From: Octopus vulgaris
Taxonomy: Eukaryota
Assembly: GCA_951406725.2 (NCBI GenBank)
Contig: OX597816.1
Span: 91,884,001-91,948,000, forward strand
Length of the DNA: 64,000 nt
Direction: 5' to 3'
The position numbers were made by a program, and so were the translations under genes. The notes under the pieces are model-generated. The model was given only the letters and a program-made list of their open reading frames with translations, was not told the origin of the DNA and made no database searches. Positions within the stretch are counted from its first letter, which is position 1; every line of letters starts with the position of its first letter. Shown here in pieces: positions 37,500-51,362 of the stretch.

Positions 37500-40129
37500 T
37501 AAATGCATACGTGCACACATACATGCATGTAAACGTACATACCTATTTACGCACAGCCACACCCACACACACAAACACACATTGAGAAATATACTTGTAA
37601 TAGAAACTCATTTAGAATCCAGAATCTATTGATATTTCTAAAAGTTTTCACATAACAGAATATGACAATTTTGATATCTTTATAAGCTCGACATACACTT
37701 TGTGGTGGGTGGACAGGTGGATGGTGGGGTACCACCCCATCAATCAATCTACTGAACTACTAGTTCCTGAATCAGCGTAACACAGTGTATGACAAAGCTG
37801 TACTTTTGAATTACGGGTAGAACGCATCCAACAGGCTTTTGTGCAGTTTTTGATTATACTGTTTCACTCACACGATGAGGGTCGGTCCGAGGTTACAGAA
37901 AACGACATTTGTGCAAGATGTCACGCAAAGGGATCGAACCCATTTATCCATAACACACCTAGATATATGTTCTGTATTCATTATATTAATCATGAATAAA
38001 ACCTCCTTACCATTTGAAGGCAATATTTTTGTGTTTTAACACTCGGGGAAGTAACTCTCAGTGAGTCATTGTGATAGCGTTTGACGTTTCACCGCTAATA
38101 TGACAAATCAACGTTATTTCTTCTTTAAGTTTTAAGTTTGAAAGCTGAGTCAACGGAGAGTAGTTACAACTAGATGAAATCTTCAGGCGGTTTAAATGCA
38201 CAAATCTCCGATATCCAAGTGACTAAAAAGTGACAGCAGAAAGGCACCCAAGTACCGTGACCTGGATACGGCCCGGCCCCATTAGGGTGTAAGAAGTTAA
38301 GAGCTGAAACACTTGTCTGAGCGGGGTTTCTTTTCTGAAAACCTTCTGCTGTTTTGCTTCTTTGTGAGTTTCTTACCACATAATATATATAGTCTACAGC
38401 TAAAGAATACCAATAGAACACCATTCTATATGTGCAGAATATAATTCTACATTGGGGAGCGCAGTGTTTGATATGTCGAGTAGTTTTACTTTCTAAATTA
38501 ACTTTCGCCAGTAATTTCTTAATTAGTTAATATGAAATGTGATCATGACTGGGCAAACTTAAAATTTATCCATTAGCCACGATGATGATTGCTAAATGAC
38601 GGGATCGATCCGGTTTCTGAGCAACACAGATTAAATGAAAAATGTAACATACAAGTGCCTTATCGATGTAAGAAAGTGACAATAACTTTTCCTTCTCTTG
38701 CAAATATCGATACAAAGAACAGAAAAATTAGAAAAAAGGTTATAAATGGTGACTATAAAAAGTGCTGGAATTGGCAAAGATGTAAATCAAAGCAAATATG
38801 GTTAAATCAGAGCTAAGAGGTCTTATTTTTTTTTATTTAGTTGTTGTTACTGTAAGGAATGACCTGTTAGGGCTCATAAAATAGATGTTGCTTTCAAGAG
38901 GAGAGTGTGACGAATAAAATACTTATGCAATAGAATGTTATGACTGAAGTTTATATTGTACATTTAATTATATCAATTAGACATAACAAAGCAATGTTAA
39001 TGGTTAATTACATAATATATTGAGTAGTAATCAATTATAGGCTCCAGCCTTTAGATTACGTATGCTGGAAAAAATGCCTGAGATATCAATAAAAATTTAT
39101 CAATGAGTTGAGTAAGACAACTTTTGGGAAAAGAAAAGTGATAAAAAGGTTAGAAAAATTAAATATCTGAAAGAGGAAATAATTAACAGTAAATGTAATT
39201 CCGTCTTCATACTATTATTTCATGTTACCATTCTACAGAATAGAAGTGGCGGGCAAGAGCGACGGCGTTCTCGGGGAAACTGGGCGTCAACGAGAATCAG
39301 CAGGCAAGTCTGTTCTGGAAGATTAACTCCTCGGAGACTATGGACAATTTTCAGAAATCTTGACCTGGAGGCGCTACCGGGGATGGGCATTGTTGGTTCA
39401 AGGCAAACTCTACAGTCACAGAAGTGCTGTCAGCTGAACTTGCACGAGATCTTTTTACTGAACGGCGCCGAAACCGTTCTGCTCGTACTAGTTAAGTACT
39501 CGAGTATAGTTGACTTGTGGAGTTTTATCAAACAGTTGAAGTTATATATAAGACGGACCCAACTATCGGCTGACATCGTCACGAAGATTGCATCCTCATT
39601 TAGCTGGAAAATGCAGGTAATTTCATTCTCTCTAATAGCTGTACCAAAGAGACTGTAAATTAAACAAGGCAAAAAAGACTGAAAACAGACAGTTTCTTCT
39701 CCGGTCATGCCCTCATCAACTTATTCAGATTTCACTTGGAGAGTGAGAAAGATTTGTTGAAAGATAGGTAAAAGTAGTGAAGATAACCCGAATGATTGGT
39801 CTACTCTCAGCATGTGCCTGTAGAGAATGAGAGCTGAAAGAGGACACTTGCTCTTAGCGGTCAGTGTAACCCTGGTTCTATCTGTGGAATTCCTCGACTG
39901 ACACTAGATGGCTGTCTCTCTTATTGGAGACATCTCGTTGCGTTTATTTTATTGTGATCTATTGCTGCTAATGTTACTATCTATTACCATTATACGTAAC
40001 ACTCTCACCACTGCGTTATACTTTGTTTTTCTTTTCTTTCGTCCCCAAAATCTTTGGGCCTTTGACGCTAATAAAGAAAAGATTATTATTATTACTGTTG
40101 TTGTTGTTATTGTTATTATTATTATTATT

Positions 40130-40687
40130 GAGTGAGAGAGCTGTGCATGCCATCAAAGTGACACTGGGGTAAAATATACGAAACCCAGTATACCCATCAT
40201 CACTACCTGTCTGATAAGGGTACACCCAGTCACATGCATCACAACCATATGTGCGCGACATGGTGATCTCATATCAAGATAAACAGCGCATGACCTTGCA
40301 GGTGGGGGCCCAGTTAGAATTTTCTTCTGTTCGAGTAGCCCATTCCACTCAAAAGGTCCATGAATAAGGATTGTTTAAGAATGTTGAACGAAACACCCAT
40401 GTTTCTAAAGGTGAATTATCCAAACCTCTAAGAATTGCTTTCAACACACGGCTATGATGCTCCCCCAAAACTTCTGCTCATGATCAGAGATGCACATATC
40501 GTCAGCCACTAAGGGACATAGTCAACTGTTTAAGGTCAAACAACTGACAAGCAAACCTGTGGTATTGAGCAGAATATTTGCTGTAGCCCATCTTTTATAC
40601 CAAGACAAAACAATGTACAGGATAACACTTCCAATCAGTTAAGATCAGAAGCCATGAGAGCCACTGTCTGGTACTGCATCACGGCAT
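40130..40687 (-). mobile_element. ~560-bp non-coding interspersed element embedded in (TAA)n microsatellite
   Basis: Balanced-GC block bounded sharply by (TAT)n tracts on both sides; no protein homology seen; orientation inferred from the (AAT)n tail. Confidence 0.6.
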
Positions 40688-40734
40688 GATTATTGATATT
40701 ATTACTATTTTTAATATTATTATTATTATTATTA

Positions 40735-40796
<62 letters not shown>

Positions 40797-41295
40797 GGTT
40801 ATTATTATTATCTTCAACTATAACACAAGAATTTCTAGTTATTTGGATCCCATCCCAAAAGCTAACTTGTGGATATATTTGGGGGGAAAAAAGCTGCCCT
40901 CTATATACAAATATACGATGTATTTGTTGACTGGCTTCGAATTAAATAGATGAGTTGAATAGAAAGAATGGCATAACATGAAATATGAATAAGTGAAATA
41001 TGTGATATAAAAATATACAACAGATGTTGTCACTAGTGAGATTTCAATGCATAGCTAAAATAATCAAGATGCATGTTGTATTTTTTGATTTAATGTAAAC
41101 TATTAATCTCCATTATTTCTAACATAAAATCTACAACCGTGTTGTTTTCACCAAATCTTATTGGAGCATCTTTTATATTTCTCCTCACTTTTGGTTATCT
41201 AATACCAATCTCATCATTTCCACAACATCTATTGTTTAATAATCAATACGCCCTAATCATTCCGCCTGTAGCAACTCTATATTCTACTTCCATAA

Positions 41296-41438
41296 TTAGC
41301 TGTCGTTTTTGCAGTTTGCCATGCGCTTTTCATGATTCTTCACAAAGTTTTCAAATTGATGCCTCCAGTCAACAATATATTTCTGGCTATATTCAGCAAA
41401 CTGCATTTTCCATTGTTTTTCAGCTTCACTTATGTCCA
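41296..41438 (-). CDS. ache: Acetylcholinesterase/cholinesterase terminal exon encoding the T-peptide (WAT tetramerisation domain): xDISEAEKQWKMQFAEYSQKYIVDWRHQFENFVKNHEKRMANCKNDS*
   Basis: Strong acceptor tttctcattttctttcttccttcacag, phase 1; aromatic pattern and C-terminal Cys match the vertebrate T-peptide [28 protein letters not shown]...CSDL. Absent from the ORF track. Orthology among cholinesterases cannot be fixed from this exon alone. Confidence 0.9.
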
Positions 41439-41688
41439 CTGTGAAGGAAGAAAGAAAATGAGAAAATTTATTACAGAAATGTAATATTGTTTAAAAAAAA
41501 AACGGGAATATTTCAGAGGTATATTTGAAGAATAAAGTTAAAGCGAGTGTTTAAAGTAAAAAAAAAAATTGCAGGTAAGAATTTATACGACTAATGGTAG
41601 TGAGAAAATTAACAAATTTTTCTGTAATGATAAAAAAGTATATGCTGACTGAATTTGTTCATAGTGTAATCGTGCAATGGAATATATA

Positions 41689-41748
<60 letters not shown>

Positions 41749-41876
41749 TTGGAAGATGGATTGTTATGGCCAGTCAGAGAGTGACCGTTGGTTTCGCACC
41801 TATAAAGCGCTTAGGTACATATATTACTGCTCTAATGTTTTAGAGTATGCTTCTTTTTCGGATATACTGACAATGT

Positions 41877-41921
<45 letters not shown>

Positions 41922-42010
41922 ACACGCACATATACACACACACACACGCACACACACACACACATATAAATAAATATATATATATTATATAAATATAAAT
42001 ATATGTATTA

Positions 42011-42045
<35 letters not shown>

Positions 42046-42051
42046 CAAACA

Positions 42052-43125
42052 CAGGGGTTGGACAAAATAATGGAAACACCTATCATATATTTGAATTGTC
42101 TATAAAACCGTCAAAAACTTGTTTATTTTTATGTTTTCTGGTTTATTATTAGTGTTGCTTAATATGTTTTTCTAAAATTGCTATTTCTTTTCAGATATCA
42201 TCAGAAAAAGGTAATTAAAATTCATTCAAATGACAGGTCTATCGGATTTTCAAAGAGGTCAAATTGTTGGTGCTCGTATGGCAGGCGCTATTGTAATGAA
42301 AACGGCCGAAATGTTTAGTGTATCACAAAATTCTGTCTCGAAAGTAATGACAGCCTTTGAGAAAGAACAGAAAACTTCCTCATTGAAATAAAACTCTGGA
42401 AGAAAACCACTACTTTTAAAACAAACGTTTCAAAACGTTTAGAGTGGAGTAAAAACCTACAGAATTGGTCCCTAGAGCAGTGGAAGAATGTTATTTTTTC
42501 GGACGAGTCATCCTTTACTTTATTTCTGATCACCAGCCGAGTATACGTGTGGACACAGCCAAAAGAAGCATTTGACCCAGACTGCCTTCTTCCAACTGTT
42601 AAACATGGAGGAGGATCTGTGATGATCTGGGCGGGGGGGGGGGGGTCATTATCTTAGAAGTCTTCTGGCCCAACGGTTTCCCTCCATAGCAGAATTTAAT
42701 AGTCAAGACTATCTAAGCATTTTATCTTATCAAATTCATCCTATGGTTGCAGAACTGTTTCCGGAGGGAAACGCAATCTTTCAGAATGATAATGCACCAA
42801 TTCACACAGCTAAAGTTTTTACTGAATGGCATGAGAAACATTCTAGTGAAGTTGAACATCTTATCTGGCCACCACAGTCCCCAGATCTCAATATTACTGA
42901 ACATTTATGGTGCATTTTAGAAAAACAAGTAAGGAGTCGATATCCTCCACCATCATCACTACAAGAACTGGAGACTGTTTTTACTGAAGAATGGACAAAA
43001 ATTCCTCTGGAAACAATTCAAACTTTTTACGAGCCCATACTTCATAGAATTCAAGCTGTAATTACTACCCCATATTAAAAAAATTGTTTGAAATATTAAG
43101 GTGTTTCCGTTATTTTATTCAACCC

Positions 43126-43128
<3 letters not shown>
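42052..43128 (+). mobile_element. Defective Tc1-family transposon with DD36E spacing
   Basis: TIRs caggggttggacaaaataatggaaacacct / aggtgtttccgttattttattcaacccctg followed by TA; MTGLSDFQRGQIVGARMAG, VIFSDES, FQNDNAPIH, WPPQSPDLNITE; internal deletion and frameshifts. Confidence 0.93.
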
Positions 43129-43170
<42 letters not shown>

Positions 43171-43373
43171 AGTAGTTGAATGAATTATCTTATTATGGAT
43201 AATTCGAATTAACCGATACCTGGGTAGCAAATTCACATCAGAAAAAACACGGTTGAAGTTACGTGCCTAGGGCATAGATTACGTGCTTTCGTGTGGAAAT
43301 TTGTATGTATATTTTAAAAATATAAATATATGAAAGAATGGAGTTAAAACGACGAATTAACAAAATTCCTTTA

Positions 43374-43456
43374 TTTTCGACATATGTTTCGAAGGCTGCA
43401 TATTCCTAATTGCGAAGGAATGAGGAGTACATTATGCCGCTTTCTCATCAGGAAAA
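43374..43456 (-). ncRNA. Type-I hammerhead ribozyme with canonical core
   Basis: uuuuc-CUGAUGA-gaaagcggcaua...uaugcagccuuc-GAAAC-auau-GUC-gaaaa. Confidence 0.8.
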
Positions 43457-44251
43457 GCAAGGAACTTATGTCAACATCAAAATGCACAAAAAACTTTTAG
43501 ATGATTGCTCACACGGAGCCCATAGCGATAATGAGTGTCTCTTTAAAATATTCCTTTATAAGGAGTGACGTCAAAATGGTTGGATGTAGAAGATTCTAGA
43601 AGGTTCTAAAGGTTCAAAGGTTCAAACGAATCATTTGCGCCACATGAGCTCATCCCCTCTTCATCTCTCCTCCTCCTCTCTCCTCTCACACCTACTTCCT
43701 CCCACCCACCTCTCCTCTCTTACTCTGGCACTTACTTCCTCTCTTCGTTTATATCCACCTTCTCCCTTACACCCTCTCCTTTCATCGTCACCCCTCCCTC
43801 ATTACCCGATCCCTACACATTCCAACCCCACCATCCTTATACATTCCATACCACCCCATCCCTTAGATCCCACTCTTGTTTCCCCATTCTCGCCTCCACC
43901 ACACCCCACCACCACCACGCCACACTACAACACACACCACTACACCACACCACCACACCACATCATCGATCCTAGTGCACACACTTGCACTGGCCACTTT
44001 CCAGCACATACACCATAATCCCTACACCTACACATGCACACACTCACACGTCGATGTCACCTTCCACACACACGCACTCGCACATATACGCTCTCACATA
44101 CACACGCACGCGCACCTTCGTTTTGTTACTACTTTATTACCTCCCCTTCTTCCTAGTTCGCCTGTGTGACCCCTGTGTCCGGCATTCGCCATGATAGATC
44201 GCTAGCTACTATACCTTTTTCTATTTTCTCTCCCTGTTTATTTCTGTGTTC

Positions 44252-44287
44252 CTTTCTGTCGAAGAGCGTAGGCTCGAAACATAAAAG
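44252..44287 (+). ncRNA. Minimal hammerhead-like motif (variant core CUGUCGA), decayed
   Basis: cttt-CTGTCGA-a-gagc-gtag-gctc-GAAAC-ATA-aaag. Confidence 0.5.
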
Positions 44288-44388
44288 ACTTTCTCACTTC
44301 CCGAGCGTTAAACTAATACATGTGGTTATTGTTTACACACCTGTCTTTTGTTTCTTCTTTGTAAATTCTCACTATATATATATATGCC

Positions 44389-44472
44389 ATCTCTGAAAAG
44401 CGCAAGGTTACACAATCGGGCTGCTATGTAACACTCCGTTGAACCCCCTAAGGCGAAACCAATTGGTAAGAT
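44389..44472 (+). ncRNA. Type-I hammerhead-like motif with G8A change
   Basis: atct-CTGAAAA-gc...gc-GAAAC-caattg-GTA-agat; palindromic stem III accaattggt. Confidence 0.55.
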
Positions 44473-44553
44473 CGAGTGTAATATATATATATAATACTGT
44501 ACACTTCGATTAATATATATATATATATACATGCACACATACATATATGTATG

Positions 44554-44594
<41 letters not shown>

Positions 44595-44722
44595 CGGGAA
44601 GCTTTATGAAAATAGACAAAAGACGAAGGCAGGTTTACGGAATTAAACAAAAGACGAAGGCAGGTGGAATACAAACAAACAATTGTATTAGTATGGCGCT
44701 CAGGAAATATAAATGAAACAAG

Positions 44723-44760
44723 TCTTTAACGTTTCGAGCCTACGCTCTTCAACAGAAAGA
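44723..44760 (-). ncRNA. Minimal hammerhead-like motif (variant core CUGUUGA)
   Basis: ucuuu-CUGUUGA-a-gagc-guag-gcuc-GAAAC-GUU-aaaga; stems I and II perfect. Confidence 0.6.
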
Positions 44761-44872
44761 TACACAGAGAAAAAAAACACAGAAAGAAGGAGAGAAAAAA
44801 ATGCGTGCAAAAGCTAGCGAATCAACATGGCGATCTGATTTCGGCCAGAAGTCAAAAATCAAACATGATACG

Positions 44873-44965
<93 letters not shown>

Positions 44966-45650
44966 TGTATGTATGTATGTATGTATGTATGTATGTATGC
45001 ATGTATGTATGTATGCATGTATGCATGTATGTTGTGCGTGTGACTAAGTGTTTATACATATATTGTACAAATTTGATTTATATTCGAACACGTATTAGTA
45101 GATTTTATAATTAGAATTTATAATAAACTGGTTAGAAAACTAATCAAGACATACTACAGCATAAATCAACACTAGAGTGAGAGATTACAAAAGTTACATC
45201 TTTAATTCAAAGAAAACACGCGAAAGGTATTCAATAACAGAACTTCCTTGTTTTGTTGCTATCGATTCGATATTTGGAAATGTGCTCACATGATTGAACA
45301 TCGATTTCATATAGAATATTTTGATTACTAAAACACATTTAAATATTTTTATGAGATTCTTGTGGCTATTTCTAACAATTTCTTTTCATAATGCATATTA
45401 TAAGAATATTATTATATTAAAAATATTACAAAAGACTACATGAGGCGTGATCAAAAGAAAATTCGTGATCTTGGGAAATATTATTTTCAGAGGTAATTCT
45501 CATTTATATTCTTCAGAGTTAGTACGCCCTCCCCAACTCTTACATAACCATACACACATACAAAAAAAGTTTATCATTTCGCAGTTCATTGTTTCTCTTT
45601 CTACTCTCATATGAATCATTGTTTACAGTCTGCTGGTCGCTAAGAAGCCT

Positions 45651-45741
<91 letters not shown>

Positions 45742-47917
45742 AATATACGTATACACACACACATGACTTGATGGACAGAAGTTGACTCTGTAACGATTAT
45801 AACGAGCCGCAAAGTGACTTTTCAACCCAGCTGTTTATATATTCAGCTCTTAGCACAGCTATAATATAAATATCTCTTCTCATGTAAATGTAGTGTAGAA
45901 TCCTTCTGTGTACACACACACAACTAATCTGTACTTTATCTGACAGGGATCTGAGCCATATTCTCTCTATAAAAGCAAACACTTTTTTAGAGTTAGGCCA
46001 AAAAAGATTGTGTGATAAAAATCCGTCCAACCAAATTTTCATATGGACTTCACTTATATGATATTTAGATATACTTTGAATACTAATTACATGGATAATC
46101 TTTGTTAACTTCCAGCAAGAACCTACTTTATTCCTACTAAAATGCAGAAAGTACTCTTGAGACATATTCTCACACCCGTACTGCTGAGAAAATTAGGTTT
46201 CACTGATGGGGATTAATAAAACCGAAATCTTTCCAACTAACAAAGAATAAACTTTTTATTATAAGCATGGAAATATAATTTTCTATAAAATGAATTCGTT
46301 AATCCTTGAAATAATTTTCCCCTTTTCTATGGCGTCGCTTTCAATCAACGCTAAATTTTTGTTCTTTTTCCCTAATAAACAAGCAGATTTAATTCATTTA
46401 GAGATTTTTGCACATATTATGCAGTGTCCAATAACCTTATATCTGAATTATCTAAATTCATGTCGTTCTTCAACTTGAGAAAACGGTAGAGGATTAGGGG
46501 AAAAACGGGACGTAGTTCCTCTTGATGATGTCTTTAGCCACTGGATCCTATAAAGGAACTGTTGAAGTAGCGAACCACAAAATGTGGTTGAAATTCCTAG
46601 CTCTCTTTTTTATAATCCTGCTGATCAAGAATAATCTTCAATATACAATTTTGTTATGAAAAATTCGAATCGATTAATTCTCTTAAAGAAAAGTAAGGAA
46701 GTTCTGTTAATTGGATCCATTCACAGAAAAAATTCAACCAAGAATGTTATTTACCTCTTTGTAGCGCCACGTTCAATGCTTTCCATCTACTCTATGTTCC
46801 ATATTACTGAAGGCACCAGCAGTGGTTAGTTCAGGACATGCAGCTGACAGAAAAATAACAGCCAAACCTACCCACGGACAGTTTTAAGGCTCAGTGGGTA
46901 GTAATAAAACATACAAACACGAAAAAAATAACAACAAAATATATATTAAAAAAATAATAAAATAAACAAGAAGAGTTACAATCGAAGCAAAAAGCAAAAT
47001 ACTGTTTGGGAAACGTCGGATATTTCCATATAACAGAATTGGTATTTTCTGCTTCCAGTAGTTCTCAGGTTAAACTCGTACTAAAACAGCAGTGTTAAAT
47101 AACAAAAATATTCCAGGACAAATAAAACTGGAATTTTGAAGAAAGAAGTGTCTCTACTTAGTAGTATTATTAAATAAACAAAGAAAATATGAATTGGCAA
47201 GATAGTGAAAATATATAAGAATACATCAGAGGTATTTATAAACATTGGTATAAGTGGATATTTGATGATAAATAACTGTGATCTCAATATATACTCATGG
47301 AAAAATGCACCGATGCTGTAAAATCAGAAATTATTTTCAAGTAGTAATAATGGCTGTTGCAGCTGACTGTAACTTAAAAGTAAATTATTGCAATAGTATT
47401 TCCCTCTTGGTTTCTGAAAAGAACCAGTTTCTGACACGCACGCACATATAGAGATTCTCAGAAGCACACAGAACACGTATTTATGCACATGCATGCGCGG
47501 TCTCACGCACTCACGTACACATACACACGTAAACACACAAACACACACACAGATACGTAATAAATATGAGTGTATGTATATCGCCTACAGGGACAGGTTA
47601 GATGATTCCAAAATTAGGGAGACTGACACTTTGAGGTTAAAGTCGTTCTAGAACAGTAGTATTAAATAATTAAAAATACCCCAGAACAAAGAGAAAACTT
47701 TGGAATATTGAAGAAAGGTTCTCTTTTCTTATTAGTACATTAAATAAAGAAAACACGAATTGCCAAGTTGGTTAAAATGTATAAGAATATATTTGTAAAC
47801 GTGTCATATGTATATAGTACACAAGTAAGGAATATCATACATACATCTGTACACACACACACACACACGCACGCACACACACACACACATACACACACAC
47901 ACTCACACATACACACA

Positions 47918-48225
<308 letters not shown>

Positions 48226-48929
48226 ATCATGTGCTGCACCTGTTCTCAAGTTGTCTGCGACGAAGCACCTCCATGCCAAAGTCTGAAGATTTAACATTTT
48301 TGTAAAGAAAGATCAAACAAAACTTCCTTCCTTGTTACATTCTTCCGGTTTATTTACAGTTTTCTCTGTTAGTCCCCCTGCTCTCTTGACCCTTCACTTG
48401 AGTCGTAGTACCTATTTAACCCTTATTACGGGCTACAGGTTCACGTAATGTCAGGGCCTGTCCACTCGCGGCGGGACTCTATGACACATGTCTTACAGAC
48501 TAACTTTCATTCGATTTCTGTGTGCATTTGTTACTGGATCATTTTCTACCCATAATTGGGCTCCTTGACAGGTGCTGCTACTCTTAGCTGGAGCAGATTC
48601 ACATCTAAGTGACGGCTAAGCAGTAACTCCATACTCTCCAAAACTCTTGAACTCTTGAGATGGACGTTCACTACCAGATGCACCTTACTTTAATGACTTG
48701 CCCACTCTGTTACTCTTTTATCCTTTTATGTGTTTCAGCCCAAAGCTTGCGGTCATGCTGGTGCACTGACAGTCTCATCACCTTTTGAATGACCATTCCT
48801 ATGTTGTTGGCTTTTGGTAGATGAAAAATTTTGATATTACTGTCCTCGTTTGAGTTTCTTGCTGTGATGTAGGCTCTACTGGGACCTTGGACAGTAGAAG
48901 GTCATGGCGCTTCTTGAAAACATCAATCC

Positions 48930-49040
<111 letters not shown>

Positions 49041-49054
49041 GCATATATATAAAA

Positions 49055-49470
49055 AACTTACAAACTTAGATATGTTTCAACCAAAGACTGGTCCAGACCA
49101 TGTCTAACTTAATAGCACCACCTGATAGGATTATCTAAATCCTTTTTAAGTCAAGTTTTGTTTATGGTCCATTCAAGTAGTAAGTTCTTGTTGAGTGAGT
49201 TGTATCCAGGTATGGGTGGCTTATCTCGTATTCCTTGAAGAAATCTGTCCAGACTCCATTTAAAGGTGATGGGATCCTTTTCCTCTTTAATCAGTTTTGG
49301 GACAATGTTAAACAGGGCAGGGCCTGTTGAGGAAAAGAAATTATGTCGCAGTGTACCTATATGTTGTGATCCTGAATTGGGCAGGGGACGTATGGCCCAT
49401 GGTCCTAGCCTTGGATGAACCTTGAAACTAATGTTCAGGTCATTTGGGCAATGCTGGCGGTATATTCTCC

Positions 49471-49474
<4 letters not shown>
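49055..49474 (-). mobile_element. CR1-group LINE 3' end inserted in (TA)n
   Basis: ILWRIY...GPALFNIVPKLIK...FKWSLDRFLQGIRDKPPIPGY...NLLLEW followed by a short 3' UTR. Confidence 0.8.
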
Positions 49475-49529
<55 letters not shown>

Positions 49530-49566
49530 ATACATACATACATATATATATATATGTATGTATGTA

Positions 49567-49603
<37 letters not shown>

Positions 49604-50494
49604 AAAAGCAATATGTGCAAAAACAGTCTGTATCTGTCCGCCTATGTATCACTCATTTTCTTTCTCTCTCTGTCTCGCTCTCTCTTTCGCTCTCGCCATA
49701 TATATGTGTGTGTGCGTGTATATGCAGACATATACGTGTGTGGGGGTTTAAATCCATACGCACATTTACGTTCATACACGCTTATGTATGCAATAATAAT
49801 GATAATAAAATGAAGAAGTAGGACAATAATTAACATATTCATAAAAAGAAAATCGTTTACAAAGAACAATTATCAGAAAATCATCTAGAACTTTAAAACG
49901 GACTGTTGTATTTGATGTCTCTATTGAAAGTTGTTTATCTAAGTAAATTTATAGAACTGTAAAATTTATAGAACTAAGTAAATTTATAGAACTGTAAAAT
50001 GTGTTTTCAAACAGACTCATAAACACTCTATGTAACAATAAAGTAATTATAAAACATAGAAAGATAGGAATTGCATAGAGGGAATTATGTAGAGTTGCAT
50101 TATTTTTGTTAAGTCTTTATACCTCTTCTGTATTACAACGACTGTTGTAAATACGTGTCACGGAAAATGAAAACTGGTGTGCATGGTGATCAAATAACAA
50201 TGAAGCGGTTATGGCGGTAGCATTATAATAAACAAATCACATTAGCAACAATTGCTACATAAGGCATTAGTTTCAAAGGTAAAACAATAATTTTTTTTAG
50301 TAAAAATGCATATTTTCAACGTTTTAATTCTCAACGGAGCAAGAAAGAATAGAGAGAAAAAAATAACAAAACAAAACAAATCAACTGCAAGACAACAACG
50401 AAGCTGAAATAATTCATTTTCTTTTTGTTTTTTACATCTGACAAAGGAATTTTTTCCCAACAGTTAAAAGTACTTGGTTTTTTTCTTGACCAAA

Positions 50495-50528
<34 letters not shown>

Positions 50529-50665
50529 CAGTGGTGACGATGACGCCGACGCCGGCGCCGCCGATGATGATATTAAATACTTATTTCTTCTATCTTATCA
50601 CATTGAATCATATTCCAGCATATTTTGTTTTCTGATTTTGGGTGTTGCACTGCACTGCGCACACT

Positions 50666-50752
<87 letters not shown>

Positions 50753-51183
50753 CAGCTTTATTGTAGATATATTTCATATACAATTTTGTCTGTTTTTCTT
50801 TTAAAGGAATTATTGAATGTTCACAAAGTTTGTTCTGAATCAAGATTAGTTTGTTAAGGTACAACTTTATCTGAAATATATTGATTAAAAAAAACGTAAA
50901 ATCACAAATAAACTTTATATGTATTCCCTCTTCTCCCCACTCTTCCAAAAGAAAAATAAAGAGACCCCACTTCTTTTTTGTATTTTCAGTGTAAAAAAGT
51001 CAGACCAAGACGCCAATCATATGATTTGTGACTGAAAGAAAACTGACAACACACACACACACACGCATACACACACACACACACACACACACAGAATAAT
51101 AGAAGTAGTAATAATAAGGATTATGACGAAGTAGCATTAGCATTACCTTTAATTCACATTTATATATAAATACAACCTCAAAC

Positions 51184-51269
51184 AGACCTACATATGTTTC
51201 GACTGCATCGGTTAGCAACCGTTGCAATTGCGACTGTACTATGCTATCGATGTAGCTTCTTCAGGGTCT
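51184..51269 (-). ncRNA. Type-I hammerhead ribozyme with canonical core
   Basis: agacc-CUGAAGA-agcuacaucg...cgaugcaguc-GAAAC-auau-GUA-ggucu. Confidence 0.8.
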
Positions 51270-51275
51270 TCACTG

Positions 51276-51362
<87 letters not shown>

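Noticed and set aside
43185-43247. ctgatgt-gaatt...aattc-gaat on the minus strand
   Set aside because: Two core changes and no clear stems; at most a dead hammerhead.
45797-46182. 122-aa minus-strand ORF behind an acceptor-like site
   Set aside because: No recognisable homology and its phase does not fit the cholinesterase intron.
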